A stretch of DNA of 64,000 nt from an archaeon (GCA_043806035.1 JAZDHK010000001.1:70138-134137); one strand, 5' to 3'. Numbered from the stretch's first letter, positions 47,518 through 57,204 are shown. A program made the numbers and translations. Notes: generated by a model from the sequence alone, not told the origin.

Positions 47518-47700
47518 ACAAACGAGTATACGTTTGACATCAACTCCACATCCGGTGTTGGTGTTTAGCAAAGAAAAAATTGTCGCTCATTTGAGTGCTG
47601 GGAAGAATAATAGTACTTTGCTAGCGTAAGCTCTCCCGTTCGAGGGAACAGAAACTAGAGGACGACAGTGAAAACACACACCTTTCGGGGGTAGAGAAAC

Positions 47701-48771
47701 ATGGACTTCGTGGCAAGCAGTGCAAAGAAACCAACCCAAGACGAAATAGCTACCAACTTGGTTGGACAGGCAAACATTAAGGTTATCGGCAGTGGTGGCG
47801 CGGGCAACAACATGGTCAATTGGCTCTATAAAAAGGGCATCAAAGGAGCCGAGATTATAGCATGCAATACCGATCAGCAGCATCTCAATATCATTGAGGC
47901 GGACAAAAAGTTCCTCCTGGGAAAAGACGTGACGAGAGGACTTGGGTGCGGCGGATTCCCCGAAAAGGGACAGGAAGCTGCCCAAGAATCCTTGCAAGAG
48001 ATCAAGGAGGCCATGCGCGGATCCGACATGGTGTTCATTTGCGCAGGCATGGGTGGCGGAACAGGAACTGGTTCTTCACCCGTCGTCTCGCAAGTGGCGA
48101 AAGACGCAGGAGCGATCGTCATCGGCACAGTGACTATGCCGTTCAAGATCGAACGCGCAAGAGTGGACAAGGCAGAATTCGGCTTGATGCAGCTCAGGCA
48201 GGTCTGTGACACCGTCATCGTCATTGACAACAACAGACTGGTGCAGATTGCAGGAAACCTCCCTGTGCAACAGGCGTTCGCCGTGGCAAATGAGCTCGTG
48301 GCAACCATGATCAAGGGCATCGTGGAGACCATTGCTATCCCAAGCTTAGTGAACTTGGACTATGCTGATGTCAAAGCAATCATGAGCGATGGTGGCGTTG
48401 CCGCTATCGGTGTCGGCGCATCTGACACGAACAACAGGGTCGAGGAAGCTGTCAAAGGCGCACTCAGCAATCCCCTGCTGGACATCTCCTACGAAGGTGC
48501 TACAGGAGCGATTATCCACGTCTCCGGTGGACCTGACATGACGCTGGACGAAATTAGCAAAGTCGGTGAATTAGTGACAGAGACCATGGACGACGACGCG
48601 AACGTCATCTGGGGCGCAAGGGTCAGTGAGGGCATGAAAGGTAAGCTCACCGTCATGACCATCATCACCGGTGTGAAGAGCCCTTGGATCCTTGGCAAAC
48701 AAAGCCACAAACAGATGTCGCAAGCACGGCAGCGCATGTCAGACGACCTCGGTATCGAGTTAGTCAGATAA
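47701..48771 (+). CDS. ftsZ: Cell division GTPase FtsZ
   Basis: GSGGAGNN, NTD, GMGGGTGTG tubulin signature, NLDYAD. Confidence 0.98.
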   Translation: MDFVASSAKKPTQDEIATNLVGQANIKVIGSGGAGNNMVNWLYKKGIKGAEIIACNTDQQHLNIIEADKKFLLGKDVTRGLGCGGFPEKGQEAAQESLQEIKEAMRGSDMVFICAGMGGGTGTGSSPVVSQVAKDAGAIVIGTVTMPFKIERARVDKAEFGLMQLRQVCDTVIVIDNNRLVQIAGNLPVQQAFAVANELVATMIKGIVETIAIPSLVNLDYADVKAIMSDGGVAAIGVGASDTNNRVEEAVKGALSNPLLDISYEGATGAIIHVSGGPDMTLDEISKVGELVTETMDDDANVIWGARVSEGMKGKLTVMTIITGVKSPWILGKQSHKQMSQARQRMSDDLGIELVR

Positions 48772-49004
48772 GGCTGCACAACAACGACAACAGTGACGAC
48801 AGCAACCCAATTTTTTATTTTTTTTCAATCTTTTTGGAGACAATTAGGTGTGTTATAGTCCTTCGGGATACCTTCTTGCCTTCGCTCTTAATCACCCCCA
48901 ACGACCAAAAGCGAAGGCAGATTCTCACATTCAGGCAGGGCGCTGCCTGATTCTTTCTCAACGTGGCGTCTGTAGCAGAGACAAGGACTAATTGACTTAA
49001 TTTT

Positions 49005-49022
49005 AGTCACTCGTTAGTAGTT
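49005..49022. promoter_or_regulatory. Recurring 18-bp palindrome
   Basis: AGTCACT-CGTT-AGTAGTT, 14 bp before TTTAAA. Confidence 0.55.
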
Positions 49023-49080
49023 AAAATATCGAAACATTTAAATACTTCCTCCTCTTTTTCAGATAAAAAAAGGTGATATC

Positions 49081-49416
49081 ATGATGGCAGAAGGATACGC
49101 AGCAACAGTTTTCCTTAATAATTACTTCAGTCAGACCACAGGAGCTAAAAAGCAGTTCAGCATAGGAGACAAGATAGACATAGGCGCTTCTCTGTTGATG
49201 GGTATTGATGTTATCATCACGCCTGCATTGTCGGGAGGAAGAACACTGCACGAAATAGCGGGGCTTTCTATGCCCGCAGCGACGGAAACCTTTGTACAGT
49301 ACGGCGAGCTAGCCGTTGCAAGTCTTGGCCAAATCTATCATGCGCTAAGAAACTTCCAAATCATAGCTCAAGACAAAAAAGAGCCCGCAACTGTAACAAT
49401 TGAGAAAAGAAGGTGA
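49081..49416 (+). CDS. Hypothetical protein
   Basis: AAGGTGATATC-ATG SD; first of three small co-oriented ORFs. Confidence 0.6.
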   Translation: MMAEGYAATVFLNNYFSQTTGAKKQFSIGDKIDIGASLLMGIDVIITPALSGGRTLHEIAGLSMPAATETFVQYGELAVASLGQIYHALRNFQIIAQDKKEPATVTIEKRR

Positions 49417-49420
49417 TATC

Positions 49421-49606
49421 ATGAATGATAAAGAACAATATACTACAGTAACCACTGAAGAAGTAGGCCAACTTGCCAAGGGACTAGTTACTCATTTTGA
49501 AGGATTAATGCGCTTCTACAATCGTATCCAAAATGAGCAAGAACAGCATGCGAGATACCAAAGCGAGCAATTCCAACGACACGTCCTTGTTAATCCTCGC
49601 GTGTAG
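49421..49606 (+). CDS. Small hypothetical protein (61 aa)
   Basis: Same AAGGTGATATCATGA SD/start context as the previous gene. Confidence 0.55.
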   Translation: MNDKEQYTTVTTEEVGQLAKGLVTHFEGLMRFYNRIQNEQEQHARYQSEQFQRHVLVNPRV

Positions 49607-49627
49607 ATTAGAAAAGAAGGCACTGCT

Positions 49628-49789
49628 ATGGCAATTGACACTCCTTTGACAAGAGCGCAGATAAGCGCGATGAGAGAACGGCTGAAGTCGCTGCAGGAAT
49701 ACATCCTGGCTAATCCGACCACCTCTGCTCATTTCGCAGAAAATGTCGAACAACTCATTGTAGAAGTCAAAGCGACCATTCAAAAGTAA
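49628..49789 (+). CDS. Small hypothetical protein (53 aa, MAIDTPLTRAQISAMRERLKS...)
   Basis: Below the ORF-track cutoff; GAAGG SD; amphipathic helices. Confidence 0.5.
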   Translation: MAIDTPLTRAQISAMRERLKSLQEYILANPTTSAHFAENVEQLIVEVKATIQK

Positions 49790-49833
49790 ACCTTTTTAAT
49801 TTCTTCCTTTTTCCTTTTGTTCAGGGTGGTGTC

Positions 49834-50160
49834 ATGGACATGAATTCGTATCAGCAGCAGGCAAAGTCAACAGCGGTCTATCCTGCTCTCGAGTATGGTT
49901 TCCTGTATCCTGCACTTGGGCTTACAGGAGAGGTCGGCGAGATCACGAACAAGCTCAAGAAGGTCATCCGTGACAGCAGGCCACAGGATGAGTCATTTCG
50001 TGCAGACATGAAATCAGAGTTAGGAGATGTGCTGTGGTATATTGCAGTCCTTGCTAGCGAGCTTGGCCTTGACTTAGAGGATATTGCCCTGTCCAATCTG
50101 GAAAAATTGCAGTCAAGAAAGCAGCGAGGAACTATTCTTGGCTCGGGAGACGAGCGCTAG
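49834..50160 (+). CDS. MazG-like NTP pyrophosphohydrolase
   Basis: YPALGLTGEVGE...KK..RD, SELGDVLWY, NLEKL.SR. Confidence 0.92.
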   Translation: MDMNSYQQQAKSTAVYPALEYGFLYPALGLTGEVGEITNKLKKVIRDSRPQDESFRADMKSELGDVLWYIAVLASELGLDLEDIALSNLEKLQSRKQRGTILGSGDER

Positions 50161-51230
50161 ACCAGTTCCATGCGCATCAGAGGATATCCTATTCTTTCTC
50201 GCTTATCCTGTGCCGCTTTAGGTGGAGAAACTGGCTTTACGCCAAAGGATAACCAATAGCCAGCAACAGGACCATTCCCCTCGAATTCTGCAATAGACCA
50301 TTTAGTTTGGGCATTGAACCTGTCCCTAAGTTCGGCCATTAATGCCTGATATTCTCCGGGAGTCAATCGTTCCCTTCCTTGAACTGTGGACTGTGGACAA
50401 TCAACGATGCCGCTGAAAAGGTCATCTATTCTGACCGCATTGTCTTGATAGGGTCTATAATTCTGTTCGGGCCATTCGAGCAAGCGTTTTTCCAATTCGG
50501 GAAGATACTTTTTCTTTCGGGCCTCATCGATGTGCACGATGCCTGTCTTTCCAAGATCTGATGTGCTGAATTGAAAGTAGGGTGGATATTCGTAACCGAT
50601 ATCTGAGTAATACTCTCTCGCATCCCAACCGTACTCTTCCTTGAGTTCGCTTTTCAGAGCTTCCATCAACACATATAACTCTGCATACGTCAACGAATGA
50701 GAAGGCAGATGTGCGTTGTCTCTGCCGAGCGTTAACAGAGGAGGTGCTGCTATGTTCTCTAAAATAACCCTTTTGACATCAATAAGATTTCGCTCTGTAG
50801 TGGGATCGTAGTTTCTCCTCAGATAATCGACGGTGTGCTGTTTGAGCTCCGGCAGCAATCCCTCTTTTTTCTTTGGATCGATGGTAAGATATCCTGCCTT
50901 TTCTTCGTTGACTTCTTCGAACCTGATGAACGGGGGATATTTGTAACCAAAATCTGGATAGTATGGTTCGGCTTCAAAACCGCCTTGCTGCGTGAACATG
51001 TCCGCAGTTGCGTCGATAAGTGCATGATATTCTATGAGCGTCAGGGAACCTTCACTATTGTCAGGAGGAGCGACTATGCCGCTCATCAATTTTCTTGTAT
51101 CTATTAAGTTATATTTTTTGTAGGGATTGAATTGTTCACGGATAATAGTGTCTGCTTTTTCGGCGATTTTTGGCAGAAGTGCTGCGATACGTTGCTTGGA
51201 TGCCTCTGAAAGTTTTGGTGTAGTTGGCAT
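50157..51230 (-). CDS. Hypothetical protein with three ~110-aa tandem domains
   Basis: Repeated LLP.L...Y.P...N.I, LT..E..AL and YY.D.GY.YPP patterns. Confidence 0.75.
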   Translation of the reverse strand: MPTTPKLSEASKQRIAALLPKIAEKADTIIREQFNPYKKYNLIDTRKLMSGIVAPPDNSEGSLTLIEYHALIDATADMFTQQGGFEAEPYYPDFGYKYPPFIRFEEVNEEKAGYLTIDPKKKEGLLPELKQHTVDYLRRNYDPTTERNLIDVKRVILENIAAPPLLTLGRDNAHLPSHSLTYAELYVLMEALKSELKEEYGWDAREYYSDIGYEYPPYFQFSTSDLGKTGIVHIDEARKKKYLPELEKRLLEWPEQNYRPYQDNAVRIDDLFSGIVDCPQSTVQGRERLTPGEYQALMAELRDRFNAQTKWSIAEFEGNGPVAGYWLSFGVKPVSPPKAAQDKRERIGYPLMRMELV

Positions 51231-51308
51231 GGTTTTTCCCCGATTTTGCTTTTACAGCGTATTGATATAAGAAGAAATGCACTACTATTTAAAAATATGT
51301 TGTTTTGT

Positions 51309-51326
51309 AACCATTAGTTAGTGACT
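51309..51326. promoter_or_regulatory. Recurring 18-bp palindrome
   Basis: AACCATT-AGTT-AGTGACT, 13-15 bp upstream of the minus-strand TATA. Confidence 0.5.
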
Positions 51327-51412
51327 AAAACACATTTTTTCGTCGGGTGTGTTCGACATCCTCTCAATCCGAGAACTCTCTCTTGCGAATAATTCTTTTT
51401 GGAGAAAACGCT

Positions 51413-51718
51413 TCACTTTTTTTCTTCTTTCTTTTCCTCGGCAAGGAGTCCGTGTCTCTTGAGCATTGCTTTCGTTGCAAGCTTCTGGAACGTTTCTACA
51501 TTCTCGAACACGTATGCGGTGACGAGCGCGGACTGCTCACCGTACTTCGGCTGGATCTTCCTGATCAAGACAAGGTCCTCTTTCGCCTTTGCAGATTCTG
51601 CCACTGCTTTCCTGACGTTCTTTCGTGACGGGATTGCTCCCTCGAAAGAGAGCTTTGCTTTGATTTCCTGCCTAGATAGCAGTTGATTCTCGTTCTTGCT
51701 TAGTATGCTCACATCCAT
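51413..51718 (-). CDS. rps24e: 30S ribosomal protein S24e
   Basis: NQLLSRQEI, GAIPSR, IQPKYG; conserved position after spt4. Confidence 0.9.
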   Translation of the reverse strand: MDVSILSKNENQLLSRQEIKAKLSFEGAIPSRKNVRKAVAESAKAKEDLVLIRKIQPKYGEQSALVTAYVFENVETFQKLATKAMLKRHGLLAEEKKEEKK

Positions 51719-51723
51719 AGTTC

Positions 51724-51912
51724 TCACTTGACCTTGATGGCGTATTCCCCTGCAGTCTCCACCGACATCTTGTGGGCGATCACCGACTTGTCGGGATTCA
51801 GGAAGTAGACCCTGCCCTGCCAGCTGTTGCTGAAATTCTCTCGCTTGCAGACAGGACATTGGTGCCCCTCATCAACAAGCATCCTGCAGTTCTTGCATGC
51901 TCTCTTTTTCAT
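51724..51912 (-). CDS. spt4: Transcription elongation factor Spt4 (RpoE'')
   Basis: ACKNC...CPVC Zn ribbon, WQG, GEYAIKV. Confidence 0.95.
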   Translation of the reverse strand: MKKRACKNCRMLVDEGHQCPVCKRENFSNSWQGRVYFLNPDKSVIAHKMSVETAGEYAIKVK

Positions 51913-51924
51913 GAACCATCACCA

Positions 51925-52497
51925 TCATTTTTTCTTGTCATTACCCTTCTTCTCTTCCTTGGGCTTCTCTTCAGATTCCTTCCAGTCATCCTTGCCCAGT
52001 CCTGCTTTTCGCATGGTCAGGCCAAGTTTTGGATTGAGGACATCCTTATAGGAAATGGCAATGATGCGGGCCTTGACGATATCGCCTACCTTGAGGACGT
52101 TCTTGGTGTCCTTGCCCGTAAGGACCTTTTCTTTCGTGAATGAGACGAAGTCGTTCATGGTCTGGCTGATGTGGATCATGCCCTCGATAGGACCCAAGCT
52201 GATGAACGCGCCGAAATCAGCAATGTCCCTGATGTTCCCCCAGAGAATCTCCTGCATCTCCGGCTTAAAGGTGATGATGGAGAAAACGGTTTCGTAATAG
52301 GTAGCTCCATCCCCTGGGATGATGGTGCCGTCCTTGACGTCCTCGACAGCGATGATGTCAATAACGAGTCCGAGGTCCTTGTTGATATAGCCACTGTACT
52401 TCTTCTTCGCCTCGAGGATGACGCTCTTGTTGAGGTCGTCGCTGAACGAGCTTGGGCTGACGCGGATGTAGTCTTTGAGCTTGACTTGATAAAACAT
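51925..52497 (-). CDS. rpoE1: RNA polymerase subunit E' (Rpo7)
   Basis: IIPGDGATY, FGAFISLGPIEGMIHISQ, LTMRKAGLGK. Confidence 0.97.
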   Translation of the reverse strand: MFYQVKLKDYIRVSPSSFSDDLNKSVILEAKKKYSGYINKDLGLVIDIIAVEDVKDGTIIPGDGATYYETVFSIITFKPEMQEILWGNIRDIADFGAFISLGPIEGMIHISQTMNDFVSFTKEKVLTGKDTKNVLKVGDIVKARIIAISYKDVLNPKLGLTMRKAGLGKDDWKESEEKPKEEKKGNDKKK

Positions 52498-52503
52498 GTG
52501 TGT

Positions 52504-52887
52504 TCACCCTACAATGATATGGTCCTTGTTTCTTATTGCCAGGACGCCGACACCCTTTCCTTTAAGCCTTGCTTTCAGTTCCTTGTCCTGGGTGAGAACG
52601 TAATCTTCCTTTCCCGCTCTTGCCAGGATGGCATCATCGGCGCTTTTCTTGGGAAAACCGCGAAGCCTTTTTAAGTTTTGTTGTTTTATAAGGATTATGG
52701 CGAGCTTTGCAGCTTGCCGAATGGCCAGTTTCTCTCCTTTTTCTGCCAAATGTGTAAGTTCTTGCAGGGTCTCCTCCACGACGAATAATTCTGCCTTCCC
52801 AGGCACGACCCGTTTGGCTTCGGTGAAGATGTCGAGCCTGCGCTCAAAGCAGAGCATGAGACTGTTCGTGTCGAGGAAGACGCGCAT
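52504..52887 (-). CDS. PIN-domain protein (Fcf1/Utp24-like)
   Basis: FLDTN, EL, ADD, TQDKEL; conserved position upstream of rpoE1. Confidence 0.9.
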   Translation of the reverse strand: MRVFLDTNSLMLCFERRLDIFTEAKRVVPGKAELFVVEETLQELTHLAEKGEKLAIRQAAKLAIILIKQQNLKRLRGFPKKSADDAILARAGKEDYVLTQDKELKARLKGKGVGVLAIRNKDHIIVG

Positions 52888-52980
52888 GCTCGTGAGAGAG
52901 TGCTTTTTTTTAAATGATTATCGGTCGTGTCGTGCGATAAAGCCGATAATCATAAAAAGAGAAAACATCCTTAATGGACT

Positions 52981-53451
52981 ATGACTGCACTATTGCCCTA
53001 TATTGCTGTTGTCCTCCTCATCTGGCTCAGCCCAGGCATAGGCGCGCTTCTCGCGCTTCTCGCAAAGGAGGAGCTCAAGCCAGGAAAGAACATTCTCGAA
53101 TGGACGCAGTTACTCGTCCTGCTTGCCATGCTCGTGCTTCCCGTCCTCTTCATCACGAGCTGGCTCTACGTAGCATTGAGCATAGGTGTGCTGCTCATCC
53201 TACTCTTTCATAGAGAATTCAGCAGATATCATTTCAGCCTGCTCGGCCTCTGGCTGTACGCAGCATCCTTCAACAGCACGTTCTTGCTCGACTTGAGCGC
53301 ATTGCTCTTCCTCTACGGCATGCTAGAAGGTATACGCTGCTCACCAACAGCACGACGGAAGAACTACGCGCAAAGCACACTTACCTTTTTGAGATACTGG
53401 CTGTTTCCCGTGCTTGCCTGTATTCCTTTGCTTCTTGCCGCACTAGTCTGA
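52981..53451 (+). CDS. Hypothetical membrane protein
   Basis: Highly hydrophobic, with KEELKPGK motif. Confidence 0.7.
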   Translation: MTALLPYIAVVLLIWLSPGIGALLALLAKEELKPGKNILEWTQLLVLLAMLVLPVLFITSWLYVALSIGVLLILLFHREFSRYHFSLLGLWLYAASFNSTFLLDLSALLFLYGMLEGIRCSPTARRKNYAQSTLTFLRYWLFPVLACIPLLLAALV

Positions 53452-54499
53452 GGTAGTTGTCTTTCTCAGCCCTCGACAAGCCCCATGCTGCCTCAATGCT
53501 GTTTTCGATAACCCTGTCAACAAAATCAGGGCCGTGCAGTTGCTGCATCGCGTAGAGGTTGTCATGCGTGCTGCAGTCAGGAATGAAAGCAGGATCGTCA
53601 GGATTAATCGTGACGAGCACACCTTGTCGTAAGAGTTCGTCAAGATGCAGCTCTTCAAGATCCACGTTGAAGAAGAATTTGTTGCAAATAGGATTTGATT
53701 CGAGACGGATTCCCTGTTCGGCCATGCGTTTTATCAAGGGAGGGTACTTGTACAGCTGCAGTGCATGTGCTATGCCGTCAGCGCGAAGTACTGCTATTGC
53801 ATTGCACATGTTCAGTGCATTTATGCTTTCCGTGCACATCTCTCCCGCATGAACAGTCCTTTTCAGTGGCGTGTCGAACGTTTCCCTGAATGCAGCATAA
53901 TGCTTTTCAGGAGGATTGGTGTTTTCTTCACACGCCAGATCAATCCCAAGAATCATCAAAGGATAGCGCTTGTTTGCAGCAACTGCTGCTCGTGCAATGC
54001 CCACTCCCACGTCAGGGCTCGACGCCCGGTCGATGCTGATGATGAGCCGCACATCAACACCCGTTTGTTCCTTGCCAGCAAGAAATGCATCCGCAGCGAC
54101 GGAGGGCACGTCCTCAAGAGACAGCTGGCTCGTATGGTATTGCGGGGCAAAACGCACTTCCGCATACGGCACATGTTGCTCCTGCAGGTAAGCACAGAGG
54201 CCGAACGCTGCCTCATGCAATGCATCAGGAGACTGCATCAGCCCAATAGGAATGCCAAAGACGTCCATCATAGCATACTTGCGTAACTCATACAAGACCT
54301 GCTGGAGCTGGATAGGTGAGGAGATCATTCTTTCTTCTTCTGACGCATACGCTAGGGGTCTTCCTTCGCTGTCTTTCTCGGGCAGCAAGAGTTTCTTGTG
54401 TTGACGTTGTGCCTGTGCAAATAATGCCTCTGCAGGAATGCTGCCATCCCAGTGCAGATGCAGAGGAAACACGGACCTTTTCCTGAATGCCTCATCCAT
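53381..54499 (-). CDS. add: Adenosine/adenine deaminase family protein
   Basis: LHLHWDGS, YAEVRFAP, GIDLA, TVHAGE, TINPDDP. Confidence 0.9.
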   Translation of the reverse strand: MDEAFRKRSVFPLHLHWDGSIPAEALFAQAQRQHKKLLLPEKDSEGRPLAYASEEERMISSPIQLQQVLYELRKYAMMDVFGIPIGLMQSPDALHEAAFGLCAYLQEQHVPYAEVRFAPQYHTSQLSLEDVPSVAADAFLAGKEQTGVDVRLIISIDRASSPDVGVGIARAAVAANKRYPLMILGIDLACEENTNPPEKHYAAFRETFDTPLKRTVHAGEMCTESINALNMCNAIAVLRADGIAHALQLYKYPPLIKRMAEQGIRLESNPICNKFFFNVDLEELHLDELLRQGVLVTINPDDPAFIPDCSTHDNLYAMQQLHGPDFVDRVIENSIEAAWGLSRAEKDNYLRLVRQEAKEYRQARETASISKR

Positions 54500-54572
54500 A
54501 CAAGGAAGAAATGCACGCGAATATTTAAGAGTGCGTGAAAAAGCTTAAAAAGGAGCGCTGCAGCACACCCAT

Positions 54573-55196
54573 ATGCATAAGCAACCGTTCATCTTGCGCA
54601 CATCGCAGACAGAACTGCAGCACATCCTCATCGCCTGGCTGTGCATCAGTGTCTGCTTTGCATTCGTACGCGTGGATGTGCTCCAGCACATTGCCTCGCT
54701 CTTCTCCTTGCAGTTCATCATGTATTTGTTCCTCGCAGGGCTCACGGGAGGCGTTGGTTTCCTGTTGCACGAGTTGGCACATAAGATCGTCGCGCAAAAG
54801 TACGGTTGCCTTGCAGAATTCCGCGCTGACTTCCGCATGCTCCTTCTCGGATTAGTCATCAGCATTTTCGGGTTTGTCATCGCAGCGCCCGGCGCCGTCT
54901 TCATTTTCGGCAAGGTGACACGAAGAGAGAACGGCATCATCGCTGTCTGGGGACCGCTTGTCAATATCATCCTCGCATTCTTCTTCCTGCCTTTTATTTT
55001 CGCGGGAGCCGGATTTCTGTACGAGCTGGGCAAGTTCGGCATGCTCATCAACGCCTGGCTGGCCTTATTTAATATGCTGCCCATTTCCGTACTCGATGGG
55101 AAGAAGGTCTGGGACTGGAACAAGCTCGTGTTCTTCGCAACAATCACCGTCGCTGCAGTGCTCGTGTTCTTCTCGTTCGCGATATTCATGAAATGA
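54573..55196 (+). CDS. Site-2 protease (M50 family)
   Basis: HELAH, GPLVN and FNMLPISVLDG motifs. Confidence 0.92.
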   Translation: MHKQPFILRTSQTELQHILIAWLCISVCFAFVRVDVLQHIASLFSLQFIMYLFLAGLTGGVGFLLHELAHKIVAQKYGCLAEFRADFRMLLLGLVISIFGFVIAAPGAVFIFGKVTRRENGIIAVWGPLVNIILAFFFLPFIFAGAGFLYELGKFGMLINAWLALFNMLPISVLDGKKVWDWNKLVFFATITVAAVLVFFSFAIFMK

Positions 55197-55232
55197 GCAA
55201 AGCTTATAAGTTCTCAAGCATTCTCGAACTGC

Positions 55233-55604
55233 ATGGACGGACCGAATACGCGCATACCGCTCGACGAACTGACAGACCAGCATTTGGTCGATATCATAAC
55301 GCTCTACACGTCATTGGGATTTCCCTGCACGGCAGACCTCCTGCATGGCGTGAATGCAGAGCGTGTCCGCCAAGAAATACGGCAGCACGGTTCGTTGGAA
55401 TTGCGCCCTGCCGCCATGATGGACAGCCACCTGTGGTTCGAGGAAAAGACAGACTATGCTGAAGGAAAACGGTATTTCAGCGTCGGCATCAATGCGGACA
55501 GACGATTTCGCGCCGTCTACAAGATGACTGAAGAGCAATTCAACAATGCATCATCTTTTTTTGATAGTGCAATGCGAGAACGTTTCATACAGAAAACTAT
55601 TTGA
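55233..55604 (+). CDS. Hypothetical protein
   Basis: 123-aa ORF following TATA-like CTTATAAG. Confidence 0.55.
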   Translation: MDGPNTRIPLDELTDQHLVDIITLYTSLGFPCTADLLHGVNAERVRQEIRQHGSLELRPAAMMDSHLWFEEKTDYAEGKRYFSVGINADRRFRAVYKMTEEQFNNASSFFDSAMRERFIQKTI

Positions 55605-55626
55605 ATACATCATTTCTTACGAAGAC

Positions 55627-56199
55627 ATGGACGACCTGCTCAAGTTCACGCTCATCAACAAGCTCAAGTCAGTCTATCGTTCGAACCATGTGCAAGAACG
55701 ACACGAGAGTTCTGCAGAACACACGTGGAGCACCATGATGCTCGCAGACTATTTTCTGGAAAAAATCAAACACCAGCTCAACCGGCAGCGTGTCCTCGAA
55801 CTGCTGCTCTATCACGATCTCGTCGAGATAGAGGCGGGAGACCTTTCTTTGGAGGACGAAGAGGCGCGCAAGAAGAAACAGAAGACAGAACTCGCTGCGG
55901 CAAAAAAATTGCGCAAGGAATTGCCGCGAGAGCTCGGCGAAAAATTTTGGGACTGTTTTGTGGAGTTTGAAGAGCAGATGACGAGCGAAGCGAAATTCGC
56001 AAAAGCAATGGACATCATCGATGCCCAACTGCATGAGATCGACTACAAGGAAGACTGGGAGGGATGGACAAGAGCGTTTCTGGAGAGAAGAAACACGGAA
56101 GAAAACAGGGATGCCGCGCTGAACGAATTTCCTGAAATTGCAGCAGCATTCACGGACATCCTCGACTGGCTCGAGCAGGAAGGGTATTTCTCGCAATAA
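55627..56199 (+). CDS. HD-domain hydrolase (YfbR/HDDC2-like 5'-deoxynucleotidase)
   Basis: LK.V.R, ESSAEHTW, YHDLVEIEAGD, EAKFAKAMD. Confidence 0.88.
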   Translation: MDDLLKFTLINKLKSVYRSNHVQERHESSAEHTWSTMMLADYFLEKIKHQLNRQRVLELLLYHDLVEIEAGDLSLEDEEARKKKQKTELAAAKKLRKELPRELGEKFWDCFVEFEEQMTSEAKFAKAMDIIDAQLHEIDYKEDWEGWTRAFLERRNTEENRDAALNEFPEIAAAFTDILDWLEQEGYFSQ

Positions 56200-56225
56200 T
56201 GCTGGGTTTTTTTTGGCCATAACCG

Positions 56226-56576
56226 TTATTCTCTAGGCAGGTCTCCCAACAATTTTTCCATCACATCAATAAAATTAGTTCCGTCAATGAACACAAGATT
56301 CTCATGCTCGCCGATGTATTCTTTACGCTCCGGGGAACCATACGCGAAGACGTAGAATTGCTTTTCCCGATTATGCAAGACGACATCGCGAATCTTGTCC
56401 CAGCAGCCATACGTGTTGGTCGTCGAGGGATGGATGACAATGACATCCTCAGAATAGCACTTACCATATCTACAGACGCAATCATGTGAACGCACGGCAT
56501 GACCATTCCTCTCTAATTCACGGTGCATGAGACTGACGAGACAATTTAGACCGTTATCATAAAGACCCACTTTCAC
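56226..56576 (-). CDS. Hypothetical protein, degenerate receiver-like fold
   Basis: GTG start after GGGTGG SD; KVGLYDN...LERNGHAV...DVIVI pattern. Confidence 0.5.
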   Translation of the reverse strand: MKVGLYDNGLNCLVSLMHRELERNGHAVRSHDCVCRYGKCYSEDVIVIHPSTTNTYGCWDKIRDVVLHNREKQFYVFAYGSPERKEYIGEHENLVFIDGTNFIDVMEKLLGDLPRE

Positions 56577-56815
56577 ACGACCACCCCTCAGCAGAAATAC
56601 AAGGTAATTATTAAACGTATGGGAAAAAGCATATAAACCAAAGCGTGCCTGTCTTTCACATGAACTGTACTCTCTGCGGAAAAAAGGTAGAGGAGACATT
56701 CCTCAAGAAGATTCTCGGCACGTACGTGCGCAACGCTGCGGGAAAGAAAAAGGTCGTCTGCCAAAACTGTCAGAAGCAGCATGGCATGGCCGAGATAAAA
56801 AGCAAGTTGTGAATC

Positions 56816-57142
56816 ATGAAGCCGCTGCTCGAATACAGGAAAACAGGAGGATTTGCCGGCCTGAATCACACGCTCAGGATTTATGATGACGGCAGCACCG
56901 AATTCTTTGCAGGAAAAAACAAGCAATCCCTTCCCCTCATTCCTCAAGAACGTATCGCTGCCATCACCGACATGCTCAACCACGCATTCCCGAACTGGAA
57001 TGCACGATACGAGAACAGAAATGTTGTCGACGGTTTCACCTATGAAATAACGTACAACGGACGAACTGTCAAGGCGCAGACTGGCGCGTGCCCAGCAGCA
57101 CTTTCAGCAGTGACGGACGCGCTCGACAAACTGCTCAAATAG
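56816..57142 (+). CDS. Emfourin-like (protealysin inhibitor M4in family) protein
   Basis: YRKTGGFAGL and DGFTYEITY motifs; ~108 aa. Confidence 0.6.
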   Translation: MKPLLEYRKTGGFAGLNHTLRIYDDGSTEFFAGKNKQSLPLIPQERIAAITDMLNHAFPNWNARYENRNVVDGFTYEITYNGRTVKAQTGACPAALSAVTDALDKLLK

Positions 57143-57204
57143 CCACAGTCATTACAGAGAACGTGAAGCAAAAAATATATATAGTTGTATTCGATGATGA
57201 GAAC

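Noticed and set aside
47615-47665. Hammerhead ribozyme in the ftsZ leader
   Set aside because: GAAAC is present but the CUGANGA core is absent.
4919-56199. Z-genome pathway (PurZ, MazZ, DatZ) assembled from the PurA-like, MazG and HD genes
   Set aside because: The PurA-like protein retains GDEGKG rather than the PurZ Ser. MazG and HD lie 45-50 kb away among housekeeping genes and look like common cellular families.
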